A stretch of 64,000 bases of DNA. Source: Actinomycetota bacterium (GTDB taxonomy: Bacteria; Actinomycetota; Geothermincolia; Fen-727; Anoxymicrobiaceae). Under the pieces are notes generated by a model. The model worked only from the letters and a program-made list of their open reading frames with translations. It searched no databases and was not told the origin of the DNA. The stretch lies in contig JAHIMR010000065.1 in assembly GCA_018896525.1 (NCBI GenBank), forward strand, positions 8,205-72,204. Direction: 5' to 3'. Every line of letters begins with the position of its first letter. The stretch's first letter is position 1. The position numbers and the translations under genes are program-made. Shown piece after piece: positions 9,909 through 21,435 of this stretch.

Positions 9909-12521
9909 TCATTCGGAGTTGGTTTCACATTCCCGGTTAATGCACATCTTCCGAGGCTTGCGCCCCTTCTGATCCAGCAGAATGATCGGGGCTCCGCACT
10001 CATCACAGCTTTCCCCGGATTGCTTGATCTCTCCTTCTTGCGGAAGCCGATATGAAACCCTGCACTTGGGATAGCCGTCGCACCCGGCAAACCGGTTACC
10101 GGACTTCTTTCCCTTCCTGACCCGTATCTTGCCGCCGCAATCGAGGCAGGCGCCCAGGACGGTGGGACCCTGAAGCTCCTCCAGGATCTTTGCCATTGCC
10201 TCGCCGGTGACCGAAGGCCAGGTGGGGCACTCTGGGTTAAGGCAGAACTCGAACCGCTTGCCCCCCTCCAGCTCCAGCCTGATGCGCGGGTTCCCGCACT
10301 CGGGACAGCTCTCACCTAATGCCGTTATCTCGCCTCTCTGGGGCAGCTGCAGCGTACGCTTGCAACCGGGGAAGCCGCTGCACCCGGCAAACCGGTTACC
10401 GGACCTTGAGGCCTTCCTCAGTATCATGTCCTTGCCGCAATCGGGGCAGGCGCCCAGGACGGTGGGACCCTGAAGCTCCCCCAGGATCTTTGCCATTGCC
10501 TCGCCGGTGACCGAAGGCCAGGTGGGGCACTCCGGGTTAAGGCAGAACTCGAACCGCTTGCCCCCCTCCAGCTCCAGCCTGATGCGCGGGTTCCCGCACT
10601 CGGGGCAGCTCTCACCTAATGCCGTTATCTCGCCTCTCTGGGGCAGCTGCAGCGTACGCTTGCAATCGGGGAAGCCGCTGCACCCGGCAAACCGGTTACC
10701 GGACCTTGAGGCCTTCCTCAGTATCATGTCCTTGCCGCAATCGGGGCAGGCGCCCAGGACGGCTCCCCTCATGCCTTCCCTGATCTCCCTGGAGATCTCC
10801 TCCTTGCTCTCCTCCATGGTCTCCAGGATACCTTTCAGGATCTCCCGTGACGTATCGACCACGCCTTCCAACGACTGCCGGCCCTCGACGATGGAGTCCA
10901 TGTCCTGTTCCAGCTGAGCCGTCATCTCCGGGGTGGTAACCAGGGTCGCATGCCGCTCGAGCGTACTGGCGACCGCGATGCCGGTGTCGCTGGGTTTCAA
11001 CGGGTTGCCGGACGCATACTCGCGGTCGGCCAGGCCCTGGATTATGTTATGCCGGGTCGACTTGGTCCCCAGACTCAGTTCCTCCATCTTCATTATCAGC
11101 TTGCTCTGAGTGTACCGTGCCGGCGGCTGTGTCTGCTTTCCTTCGATCTCCCTGTCGGCCACCCGGACCATGTCGCCTTCACCCAGCCCCGGCAGTTCAT
11201 CGTCCTTCTTGCGGGAGTACGGGTAGAAACGCAGGAACCCCTCATCCAGGATTACGTCCCCGCGGGCGATAAACGGCTCGCCCCCGATGTCGAGATCAAC
11301 CACGGTTGACCGGGCCAGGGCGGGCTCTGAGAGCGTGGCCATGAAGCGGCGCGCCACCAGTTCGTAGATCCTCCACTCGGGCCCCTTGAGCTTTCCCTTT
11401 GTCGCCGCCCTGGTCGGGTATATGGGAGGGTGGTCGGTGGCGCGTTTCTTGCCCCGGGTGGGCGACAGGCTTTTCTTCTTCAGCAGTTCGCCTGCCAGCG
11501 ATCCAACCACGTCGGCGCCACTGAAAGACCGCAGGACCTCGCGCAGGTCCAGCGACTCCGGGTACACCGTGTTATCCACCCTTGGGTAGCTGATAATACC
11601 CTTTGTATACAGGCCTTCGGCAATTCTCATCGCCTGGGCCGGCGTTATCTTGAGAGTTGACGCCGCCGCCAGGAACGAGGTGGTGTTAAACGGCGCCGGG
11701 GGCTTCACCTTCCTCTCCCTGGTCTTGACCGAGGTGACCTTCCCCTCTTCGGCGATATGATCGAATGCCGACCGGGCATCTTCTTCCCTGGTGAACCGCT
11801 CGGTCTTGTGTCGGGCCGTGAACCGATCACCGTCGCGTTCACACACCGCGCTGACAACCCAGAAGTCCTCCGGCACGAACGCCTTTATTTCCTGCTCCCG
11901 GTTAACCAGCAGGGTCAGCGTCGGGCTCTGTACCCGACCCGCCGACAGGAACTTCTTCCCACCCCTTTTGGTAGCCAGAGAGATGAACCTGGTAAGCACG
12001 GCGCCCCAGATAAGGTCTATGTCCTGCCTGGTCTCTCCTGCCCGCGCCAGGTTCTCCTGGAGGCATCCGGTGTTTGCGAACGCCTCCTCTATCTGGGTTT
12101 CGGTCAAAGCGGAGAAAAGGGCCCTGCTGAAAGTGACCCCGGGGTTGACTTCCTTTATGAGTTTCATGATATCGAACCCTATCAGCTCACCCTCCCGGTC
12201 GTAGTCGGTGGCTATCACCACGCTATCGGCTTTGCGGGCCACCTTCTTCAAGGTGGTTACGAGGGCCTTGTCGATCGGGATCTTCACGATCTTCGCATCG
12301 AGTAGTTCCCCTACTTCCACCTGCCGCCACTTCTGGTACTCCTCGGGGAAATCGACCTCCAGGATGTGCCCGCGCATGCCTATGCACTTAACATCCTCTC
12401 CGTTCTCGTTGAAGGTGTAGAGGGTGCTCTTGGGCCCGCCCTCACGTTTCGCCTTGCCACCGGAGAGGATATCGGCGATGCGCCTGGCTGTCTGGTTTTT
12501 CTCGGTTACTATCAGCTTCAT
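9909..12521 (-). CDS. topA: DNA topoisomerase I (type IA) with multiple C-terminal Zn ribbons
   Basis: LIVTEK, ATDYDREGELIG (TOPRIM), SAGRVQSPTL, GIISYPRVD (catalytic Tyr), repeated CPDCG...GCSGFP.C motifs. Confidence 0.93.
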   Translation of the reverse strand: MKLIVTEKNQTARRIADILSGGKAKREGGPKSTLYTFNENGEDVKCIGMRGHILEVDFPEEYQKWRQVEVGELLDAKIVKIPIDKALVTTLKKVARKADSVVIATDYDREGELIGFDIMKLIKEVNPGVTFSRALFSALTETQIEEAFANTGCLQENLARAGETRQDIDLIWGAVLTRFISLATKRGGKKFLSAGRVQSPTLTLLVNREQEIKAFVPEDFWVVSAVCERDGDRFTARHKTERFTREEDARSAFDHIAEEGKVTSVKTRERKVKPPAPFNTTSFLAAASTLKITPAQAMRIAEGLYTKGIISYPRVDNTVYPESLDLREVLRSFSGADVVGSLAGELLKKKSLSPTRGKKRATDHPPIYPTRAATKGKLKGPEWRIYELVARRFMATLSEPALARSTVVDLDIGGEPFIARGDVILDEGFLRFYPYSRKKDDELPGLGEGDMVRVADREIEGKQTQPPARYTQSKLIMKMEELSLGTKSTRHNIIQGLADREYASGNPLKPSDTGIAVASTLERHATLVTTPEMTAQLEQDMDSIVEGRQSLEGVVDTSREILKGILETMEESKEEISREIREGMRGAVLGACPDCGKDMILRKASRSGNRFAGCSGFPDCKRTLQLPQRGEITALGESCPECGNPRIRLELEGGKRFEFCLNPECPTWPSVTGEAMAKILGELQGPTVLGACPDCGKDMILRKASRSGNRFAGCSGFPGCKRTLQLPQRGEITALGESCPECGNPRIRLELEGGKRFEFCLNPECPTWPSVTGEAMAKILEELQGPTVLGACLDCGGKIRVRKGKKSGNRFAGCDGYPKCRVSYRLPQEGEIKQSGESCDECGAPIILLDQKGRKPRKMCINRECETNSE
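10134..10762. repeat. Near-identical 300-bp tandem duplication inside the topA 3' region
   Basis: 10134-10462 matches 10434-10762 with ~5 mismatches; a more diverged third unit lies to the left. Confidence 0.92.
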
Positions 12522-12529
12522 GGCAAAAG

Positions 12530-12559
12530 AGTCTACAAGATAGCGGGAGAATCGGTCAA
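12530..12559 (-). promoter_or_regulatory. Putative sigma70 promoter for topA (probably leaderless mRNA)
   Basis: TTGACC-N18-TAGACT ending 8 nt before the ATG; no SD in between. Confidence 0.55.
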
Positions 12560-12606
12560 TTGTCCACCTCCCGGCATGCGGTCCCCCGGGAAGCTCCGCC
12601 CGGGGA

Positions 12607-14658
<2,052 letters not shown>

Positions 14659-14709
14659 TAAATCCTCCCTCTTCCAGTAGTCATCTTAATTCAACAGTAA
14701 AATATGGTG

Positions 14710-14738
14710 ATTATATTGAGCAATCGTTGAATCCGCAA
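14710..14738 (-). promoter_or_regulatory. Putative sigma70 promoter for hppA
   Basis: TTGCGG-N17-TATAAT on the minus strand; GGAGG RBS before the ATG. Confidence 0.65.
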
Positions 14739-14862
14739 GTGCCCTGCGAAAAGCGTGCTCAGACGCGGCTACGATTTCGCTCCCACTTTTGCCGTCGCTG
14801 CGCTCTCTGATAGACTAAACTCGAAAATACTGGTGATTACTACTCCCCCCTCTGGAGGTGCT

Positions 14863-15120
14863 AGTGCCCCGTTCCATAGATATGGTCGCGCACCGAGAGC
14901 GTCGAAGCGCCGCTCCGGCAAGGCGCGTGACTGAGGCGTACTCCTGTAGTACGCCGAGGGAGCGGAACGCAGCCGGAGTGGATGCAGCGGCGTTCGAATG
15001 CCAGCGTATTTATGGAACGGGGTACCTATACGTACTCCTGGAGTACGTCGAGGGAGCGGAACGCAGCCGGTGTGGATGCAGCGGCGTTCGAATGCCAGCG
15101 TATCTATGGAGCGGGGTGCT
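14863..15120. mobile_element. MITE-like repeat, locus 3 (full unit 14863-15026 plus extra right half 15031-15120)
   Basis: AGTGCCCCGTTCCATAGATA...TATTTATGGAACGGGGTAC followed by a second CGTACTCC...TATCTATGGAGCGGGGTGCT. Confidence 0.85.
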
Positions 15121-15126
15121 ACTAAT

Positions 15127-16281
15127 TTGATATCGGACAGGTCCTCTCGCCTCCCTCCATTCTACGTTATGGAAATCCTGGAGAAAGCGCACGAGTTGGA
15201 GCGGGAAGGCGCCGAGGTCGTACACATGGAGGTGGGGGAGCCGGACTTCGACACCCCGGAGCCGATCAGGGAAGCGGCAATCCGCGCGATCCATCAGGGG
15301 ATGACCCGGTACACCCACAGCCAGGGCATACCCTCCCTTCGCGAGGCGATCGCGAAAGAGTACCAGGACCGGTACGGGGTAACCGTTTCCCCGGACAACA
15401 TCATCGTGACCAGTGGCACCTCCCCCGCGATGATCCTGATATTCGGCGCCCTGCTCAACCCCGCGGAGGAGATACTCCTGTCCAACCCCTGCTACGCGTG
15501 TTACCCCAACATCGTGGAGTTCATCGGTGGCACCGTGCGTTACGTGGACGTCTATGAGGAGGATGGCTTCAACTTCCGGTGCGACATGGTTCGCGAGCAA
15601 CTGGGGCCGGCGGTGAAAGGGGTCATGATCAACTCCCCTTCCAACCCTACCGGTATCGTGCTCTCGGAAGGCGAGATAAGCGAACTGGTCGAGGCGGTGG
15701 GTGAGGAAGCGTATATCATCTCCGACGAGATCTACCACGGGTTGGTCTACGAGGGCCGGGAGCACTCGGTCCTGGAGTATACCGACAGGTGCTTCGTGCT
15801 GAACGGGTTCAGTAAGCTATACGCTATGACCGGGTGGCGCCTCGGGTACGTCATCTGCCCACCGGAGTTCGTCCGCGCCATGCAGAAGATCCAGCAGAAC
15901 ATCCTGATCTGCGCCAACTCGTTCGTACAGTGGGCCGGCATCGCCGCCCTCGAAGAAACCGCCACCTACGTCCGGGAGATGGTCGAGACGTACGACCGCC
16001 GCCGGAAGTTCCTGCTCGAACGCCTGAAAGCAATGGGGTTCGGGATAGAGGTCGAGCCGACCGGCGCTTTCTACATCTTCGCCAACGCCAGCCGGTTCAC
16101 CACCGACACTTACCGCTTCTGCCTTGACGTCCTCGAGACCGCTCACCTGGCGATCACGCCGGGGATTGACTTCGGGAGCGGGGGCGAGGGGTACGTACGG
16201 TTCTCCTACGCCAACTCACTTGCCAATATCGAGGAAGGTACGGAGAGACTCAAGCGGTTTCTGGACGAACGGGAGGGGTAG
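15127..16281 (+). CDS. PLP-dependent class I/II aminotransferase (aspartate aminotransferase-like)
   Basis: GEPDFDTP, NSPSNPTG, ISDEIYH, GFSKLYAMTGWRLGY; the ORF-track extension from 14998 is repeat-derived, so TTG 15127 was chosen as start. Confidence 0.88.
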   Translation: MISDRSSRLPPFYVMEILEKAHELEREGAEVVHMEVGEPDFDTPEPIREAAIRAIHQGMTRYTHSQGIPSLREAIAKEYQDRYGVTVSPDNIIVTSGTSPAMILIFGALLNPAEEILLSNPCYACYPNIVEFIGGTVRYVDVYEEDGFNFRCDMVREQLGPAVKGVMINSPSNPTGIVLSEGEISELVEAVGEEAYIISDEIYHGLVYEGREHSVLEYTDRCFVLNGFSKLYAMTGWRLGYVICPPEFVRAMQKIQQNILICANSFVQWAGIAALEETATYVREMVETYDRRRKFLLERLKAMGFGIEVEPTGAFYIFANASRFTTDTYRFCLDVLETAHLAITPGIDFGSGGEGYVRFSYANSLANIEEGTERLKRFLDEREG

Positions 16282-17049
16282 ATGAGCGATAAGACCATAT
16301 TCGTGGACCTCAGCGTGCCCATCGAGGAGTCGGAGAGCGAGCCGTTCAAGCCGGTTATAGATCGGCAGGACCACAAGGCCGGCGCCGCGGTTATGTCCCG
16401 GATCTTCGGTGTCCCTCCCGAGAGCCTGCCGGGGGGATTGGGGTGGGCCAACGACCGGGTCACGCTGATCACCCACGCGGGCACGCATCTCGACGCCCCC
16501 TGGCATTACGCCCCGACCGCCGGCGGCGATCGGGCGATGACCGTTGACGAGGTCCCCCTCCAATGGTGCTTCTCCGACGGCGTGGTGCTTGATATGCACG
16601 AGAAAGCCGACGGCGAACGCATCACCACCGGGGACGTGGAGGCGGAGCTGGAGCGAATCGACTACGAGTTGAAGCCCCTGGACATTGTCCTCATCAGGAC
16701 CGGGGCCGACAGGCACTGGGGAAGCCCCGATTACATCACCCACGGGGCCGGGATGACCGGGGATCCAACCCTCTGGCTGATAGAGCGTGGCGTAAAGGTT
16801 ATGGGGATCGACTCCTGGGGGTTCGACCGCCCGTTCGCGAGCATTATCGAGGAGTACCGCCGCACCGGTGACGCTTCGATAATCTGGGAAGCGCATTATG
16901 CGGGCATACAGGCGCCTTACTGCCACCTGGAAAAGCTGGCCAACCTGGACAAGTTGCCGCCCCACGGGTTCAAGGTCGCCTGCTTCCCGGTAAAGATCAC
17001 CGGAGCCAGCGCCGGCTGGTGCCGTCCCGTAGCCATCATCAGCGAATAG
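16282..17049 (+). CDS. Cyclase family metal-dependent hydrolase (kynurenine formamidase-like)
   Basis: HAGTHLDAPWH, IVLIRTG, GIDSWGFD, HLEKLANL motifs. Confidence 0.85.
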   Translation: MSDKTIFVDLSVPIEESESEPFKPVIDRQDHKAGAAVMSRIFGVPPESLPGGLGWANDRVTLITHAGTHLDAPWHYAPTAGGDRAMTVDEVPLQWCFSDGVVLDMHEKADGERITTGDVEAELERIDYELKPLDIVLIRTGADRHWGSPDYITHGAGMTGDPTLWLIERGVKVMGIDSWGFDRPFASIIEEYRRTGDASIIWEAHYAGIQAPYCHLEKLANLDKLPPHGFKVACFPVKITGASAGWCRPVAIISE

Positions 17050-17057
17050 GAGTAACT

Positions 17058-17696
17058 ATGGAACTGGGAGGCGTTTTAGAGTACGCGAACGGTGTGCTGG
17101 AGCAGGAGAGCAAGGCGCGGGAGCAGGGGCTGAAGCTATCCCGGGAGTGCATAAGGTTCTCGGCGAACTCCATCCGCGCGATCCACCGCGGTGACCGTGA
17201 CCAGTCGATAGACCTCCGTCGGAAGGCCGCCGACTCGGTTTCGGGAGCGCAAACCGCGCTGGCTCCTTACCCCCGCATCTACCACGCTGGCTTCCTCCAG
17301 GATGCCGAGAAGGAGTACGCTGAAGCCGCGATCACCTTCGCCCTTATCCAGGGTGACCCCCTGCCCATGTCCGAAGACCTGGGGGTTGACATCGCCCCCT
17401 ACCTGAACGGGCTCGGGGAGGCGGCGGGCGAAATGCGGCGCCACGTGCTTGACCTCATACGCAACAACCAGCTGGACAGGGGCGAGGAGATCCTTGGCAT
17501 CATGGACGACATCTACTTCCTCCTCGCCTCCGTCGACTACCCCTCCGCCATGACCGGTGGCCTGCGCAGGACCAACGACATGGTGCGTGGCGTCCTGGAG
17601 CGCACACGGGGAGACCTGACAACGGCAATCCGCCGTAACAGCCTGGAGCGGACCATCAAGAACCTTGAAGAGAGGCTCTCCTCCGACGACGACTAG
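17058..17696 (+). CDS. Translin/Trax (C3PO-like) family protein
   Basis: All-helical; AREQGLKLSRECIR, EKEYAEA, YLNGLGEAAGEMRR, LRRTND resemble translin motifs; ATG 17058 with AGGAG RBS. Confidence 0.75.
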   Translation: MELGGVLEYANGVLEQESKAREQGLKLSRECIRFSANSIRAIHRGDRDQSIDLRRKAADSVSGAQTALAPYPRIYHAGFLQDAEKEYAEAAITFALIQGDPLPMSEDLGVDIAPYLNGLGEAAGEMRRHVLDLIRNNQLDRGEEILGIMDDIYFLLASVDYPSAMTGGLRRTNDMVRGVLERTRGDLTTAIRRNSLERTIKNLEERLSSDDD

Positions 17697-17715
17697 CAGC
17701 GCCCCCGGGGGGGAG

Positions 17716-18072
17716 AAATGCGCCAATGGTGCCAGGCACCATTGGCGCATTTTGTGGTTTTTGTTAATTAGCGAGGGAAGGGTCACGCCCCGGGCTGTTG
17801 CATAATTGGGTTTATCTCCCTTGTAGAGTCGGCATCTTGCCGGCATCGGTACCGCCTTTTGCTCGGGAGGGGAAGGGTTTTGCCCCTGGGCTGTTGCATA
17901 ACAGACACCGTTTGCGTGAGGGTTCCAACGGCACCAGCCCGGGGATGGCGTATCTTGTCTGACCACCGCTTGTGCACACGGGAGGGGACAGGCCCCTTCG
18001 GTGCATTATGGAGATGTGTTTGAGTGAAAAGACGAACGGCACCCGCGGGGCCAGCCCCCGTTTGGGTGGCGT
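17716..18072. repeat. Mosaic of REP-like palindromes between convergent genes (copy A)
   Basis: 37-bp palindrome AAATGCGCCAATGGTGCC-A-GGCACCATTGGCGCATTT, GTAGAGTCGGCATCTTGCCGGC, GGCTGTTGCATAA twice; modules shared with 47583-47869. Confidence 0.8.
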
Positions 18073-18073
18073 G

Positions 18074-20746
18074 TTAAAGGATGTCGCAGACCATCACGGT
18101 CATGTCGTCTCTGGCGTCGCCGTTACAGAACTCGAGTACGTTCTCAATCAAGGCTCCGGCGAACTTGTCCGAGGGCAGTTCCTGGTGCGAGGTGACGAAC
18201 CTGTCCAACCTCTTTAGCCCGTAGAGCTTTCCTTTACTGTTCTGCGCGTCGATCAGCCCGTCGGTAAACAGAACCAGCCGCTCCCCGGAGTTCAACTTGC
18301 GCTTTCTCACATCGAGGTCGGCACGCGAGAATATTCCCAGGATTGATTTGTCCTCTGATTGCAGTGTGACCGGCGTCCTGTCCTCGGCGCCGATGCACAG
18401 GGGTTCCTCGTGCCCGGCGTTAGTGTAGCTCAGTGTCATCGTTGGAAGGTCTAGAACGCCGAAGAAAACGGTGACGAAGTTGTCGGAGCGATTGGTCATG
18501 TACAGGTTCTGGTTAACGTGCTCCATGATCTTCAGTATCTTGTCTTGCTCACGCGCCTCCACCCGGAGGGCGCTCATGGCCATCGTGGCGAACAGTGCCG
18601 CGCCGACCCCCGAGCCGGACGCGTCGCCCACTACCAGGAACACCTTGTCCCCGTGCCACCAGTAGTCGTACCAGTCCCCGCCGACAACCTTCGCCTGCTG
18701 CTGAACGGCGACCACGTGAACCCCGCCGGCCAATAGAGGGTCGCGGGGAAGAAGACTGCTCTGAATCCCCGAGGCGATATCCATCTCCCTTTGCATCAGG
18801 GCAAACTTCTCGAGCTCCTTCTGCTCGCTGGTATCGCGATAGATCACCACCACGTTCTCGACGTTCCCGTCAGGGTCGTATATCGCGGCGAGCGTCCCTC
18901 CCGCGGGAATCCTCCTCCCGGACCTGGTAACTATCTCGTCCTCCCGGTAGATGACCCGCTCGCCGGCAAACATCTTTCTCATGCCGAAATCGTCCTCCGG
19001 CTCCTCGGTCAAGCCGAACAACACCTCGTAGTAACTGCGGCCCCGCGCCTCCTCCTGGCTCCAACCGGTCATGAACTCGACGGCGGGGTTCGCCAGGACC
19101 ACCCTCATTTCACTATCGACCACCAGAACAGCGTCGGGGGTAGCCTTCAGCACCGCCTCGCTCTTCTCGCGCTCGCGGTACAACCTCTCATTGACCTCCG
19201 CGTTCTGGACGGCCAACTGCTGCTGAAAGAGCTTGTCCTGAAGCTTCCTGTTCTGTATAGCGAGCGCGGCCTGCCGGCCCAGCGCGTCGGCGAGGTCAAT
19301 ATCGTCCGCCGAGAACCTGAAATCCGCGCTGGTGGACTCCAGACTTACCAGGGCAATGAGCTCGTCTTCAAACGACAGGGGAACCTGCAGATACGTTTTC
19401 ACCCCGGGGCGGAAAACTCTCGACTCCCGGTCCGACTCGTCCTCCACTCTCTCGGCAAGCACCGGGCGCCTCTCCCGCATGGCACGGGCGGTGGTCTGAC
19501 CCAGTTCATCCATGGGCATGTGGAACTGGCTCAGCATCCAGACCTGGAGCGTACTGCGCCCGTACCCCGCCATGAACGTCAACGTGTTCGTCTCGGGCTC
19601 GAAGAAGAAAAGCGAGCAGCGCTCAACACCGAGCGCGATGGCGGTCTTCTCAGTTATGGTTTCCATCAGCTCGTCCAGGTCACGGCTTTCGACGGATGCC
19701 TGGGCAATCTCGGTGAGGACGATCGCCTGGCGCCTCCGCTTCTGTTCCTCGCGGAACAGTTCCGCGTTCTTTATCGCGATGCCCGCCTGGGGACCGAGTG
19801 TGGTCAGCATCGTCATGTCGAGTTCGGTATAGCTCTTGGGGGTCGTGTCGTATAGCTCGATTACACCGATGGGTTCCTCGTTGACCGTGATCGGTATCGA
19901 GAGAGCCGACCTTATCTTGCGCCCGGCGGCGGCCCAGGGCAGCTCGAAGCCAATGAGCTCGGCGTCCCTGACCAGCACATACTCGTTCCTGCGCATGGCG
20001 ACATCGGCGATGCTACGGTCTACCCCGATCTCCTCCTTCTGGACCCAGGAACGCGCGAGGCCCATTTCCGCCTTCGCACGCAGATACTTCCTGTCCGCGT
20101 CCAGCAGCAGAATCGAGCCCATCTTCACCCGCATCAGGGATGTCGCCACCTCCAGAATGTAACCCAGGACCTTCTCCAGGTCGACGGTCGAAACGATAGC
20201 CTGGCCCAGGATGGAAAGCGCCTTGAACTCCGTCAGTTGCCTCTCGACGGTGGTCAACTCCTCTTTCTCGAACGCATTCCGCATGTAATGCCTGACCAGC
20301 TTGTTGAACCGGTCCCGGGTGTTGGCAAGTTCGACCCACGCCTCCGCGGAGTACCCTTTCCCCAGCAGGCGGCCGGTTATCTTCCTCCAGGTGTACGTTT
20401 CGCCGTCGTTGAACACACTGATTACATCTCTGAGTTTGATGCCCTGTCCCGCGCGCTGGCGCCCGACATCTTCGGACATGCTCTTGATGTACTTGACTGG
20501 AAAATCGTCCGCCTCGAAGTAGTCAAGGTAGATCTGAATGAAGTCGCGAAACGATTGCCTGACGTCCGCGATCGTATCGGCTGGAAGGGACTGGTACTCG
20601 GGCAAGGTCGCCTCTATCAAGCGATCGATCTCCTTTACCAGCGCGTCTTTCTCCTCTCGCAGGTAACCGGCGACCTCGCGCCTGAGACTTCTCACTTCCG
20701 GGCTTATCTTGCCCTTTTCCGCCCCGTATTCACTGTAATCACTCAT
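18074..20746 (-). CDS. SpoIIE/PP2C phosphatase with N-terminal helical sensor, two GAF domains and a PAS domain
   Basis: VGGDWYD, VVGDASGSG, TNAGH, LFTDGLID, DDMT PP2C motifs; GAF-like LSIPI/LQVPL; PAS NPAVEFMTGW. Confidence 0.9.
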   Translation of the reverse strand: MSDYSEYGAEKGKISPEVRSLRREVAGYLREEKDALVKEIDRLIEATLPEYQSLPADTIADVRQSFRDFIQIYLDYFEADDFPVKYIKSMSEDVGRQRAGQGIKLRDVISVFNDGETYTWRKITGRLLGKGYSAEAWVELANTRDRFNKLVRHYMRNAFEKEELTTVERQLTEFKALSILGQAIVSTVDLEKVLGYILEVATSLMRVKMGSILLLDADRKYLRAKAEMGLARSWVQKEEIGVDRSIADVAMRRNEYVLVRDAELIGFELPWAAAGRKIRSALSIPITVNEEPIGVIELYDTTPKSYTELDMTMLTTLGPQAGIAIKNAELFREEQKRRRQAIVLTEIAQASVESRDLDELMETITEKTAIALGVERCSLFFFEPETNTLTFMAGYGRSTLQVWMLSQFHMPMDELGQTTARAMRERRPVLAERVEDESDRESRVFRPGVKTYLQVPLSFEDELIALVSLESTSADFRFSADDIDLADALGRQAALAIQNRKLQDKLFQQQLAVQNAEVNERLYREREKSEAVLKATPDAVLVVDSEMRVVLANPAVEFMTGWSQEEARGRSYYEVLFGLTEEPEDDFGMRKMFAGERVIYREDEIVTRSGRRIPAGGTLAAIYDPDGNVENVVVIYRDTSEQKELEKFALMQREMDIASGIQSSLLPRDPLLAGGVHVVAVQQQAKVVGGDWYDYWWHGDKVFLVVGDASGSGVGAALFATMAMSALRVEAREQDKILKIMEHVNQNLYMTNRSDNFVTVFFGVLDLPTMTLSYTNAGHEEPLCIGAEDRTPVTLQSEDKSILGIFSRADLDVRKRKLNSGERLVLFTDGLIDAQNSKGKLYGLKRLDRFVTSHQELPSDKFAGALIENVLEFCNGDARDDMTVMVCDIL

Positions 20747-20755
20747 CCTTTGCTC

Positions 20756-20764
20756 ATTATAGCA
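20756..20764 (-). promoter_or_regulatory. Extended -10 element upstream of the PP2C gene
   Basis: TGCTATAAT 9 nt before the ATG. Confidence 0.5.
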
Positions 20765-20908
20765 AAGGTTATGGGTGCGACCGGTTTCTGGCGATTCCCG
20801 GGTGGAAGTACGGCGAGTCAGGCCCTTCCGGTAGGCCGTCGCGCTTGGACTGCGGAAGCTTTTCGGATATATTGTGTCCTGTAACGCTTCTACAGAGAGA
20901 TTAGCGAG

Positions 20909-21340
20909 GTGTTGACGGTGTTTGTCAGGGTGTTGCAGATCATCGCGATAGTGGTCATTGCCTTTGCGATTCTTCTGTTCATAATACTCCTGCCTCTCTT
21001 GAGCAGGCTGCTCAAGAAGTTGAATAAGTCGCTGTCCGCGGGGCGGCCCGCAATCGCCAGGGAGATGAGTACTTCACTTGGTGAGATGAAAGCGGCCCAG
21101 GACCAGATAGAGTCCGTCGCCGTCTATACCGATTCAGTTGAATCCGGCATGAAGGCGGCAATAAGCGCCGCCGATAGGGCCGTGGGGTTCCTGGAGTCGA
21201 ACGCATTCCAGGTCGGGTTGCCGGCCCTGATATGGGTGCTATTCCTCACAATCTCCATCTTCCGGGTGTTAAAGCCCCGAAATGTGAAGAAGAAGGTCAC
21301 GGTCATACCGCCTCCTTCCTGGGAGAGCGAGTCAGAGTAG
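20909..21340 (+). CDS. Hypothetical membrane protein (two TM helices with coiled-coil linker)
   Basis: Hydrophobic N-terminal and C-terminal segments; fills the gap between neighbouring genes. Confidence 0.65.
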   Translation: MLTVFVRVLQIIAIVVIAFAILLFIILLPLLSRLLKKLNKSLSAGRPAIAREMSTSLGEMKAAQDQIESVAVYTDSVESGMKAAISAADRAVGFLESNAFQVGLPALIWVLFLTISIFRVLKPRNVKKKVTVIPPPSWESESE

Positions 21341-21435
21341 GCTTTCGCTTTTCCTAAGCCGCGCCCCGGGGACCTGTAGCCGGCCGTGTTCCCGCCGGGA
21401 GTCCAGTCGCGATGTCTAAGTGAGGAGAGGATTGT

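Noticed and set aside
9854-10315. Long N-terminal extension of the mdh ORF
   Set aside because: Overlaps topA in another frame; the Rossmann motif begins right after ATG 9853.
14659-14709. Riboswitch in the hppA leader
   Set aside because: The predicted leader is only ~45 nt with no recognisable aptamer structure.
14998-15126. N-terminal extensions of the aminotransferase, rplE (to 57717) and tmk (to 5985) in the ORF track
   Set aside because: In-frame read-through from repeat copies; family-typical starts lie downstream.
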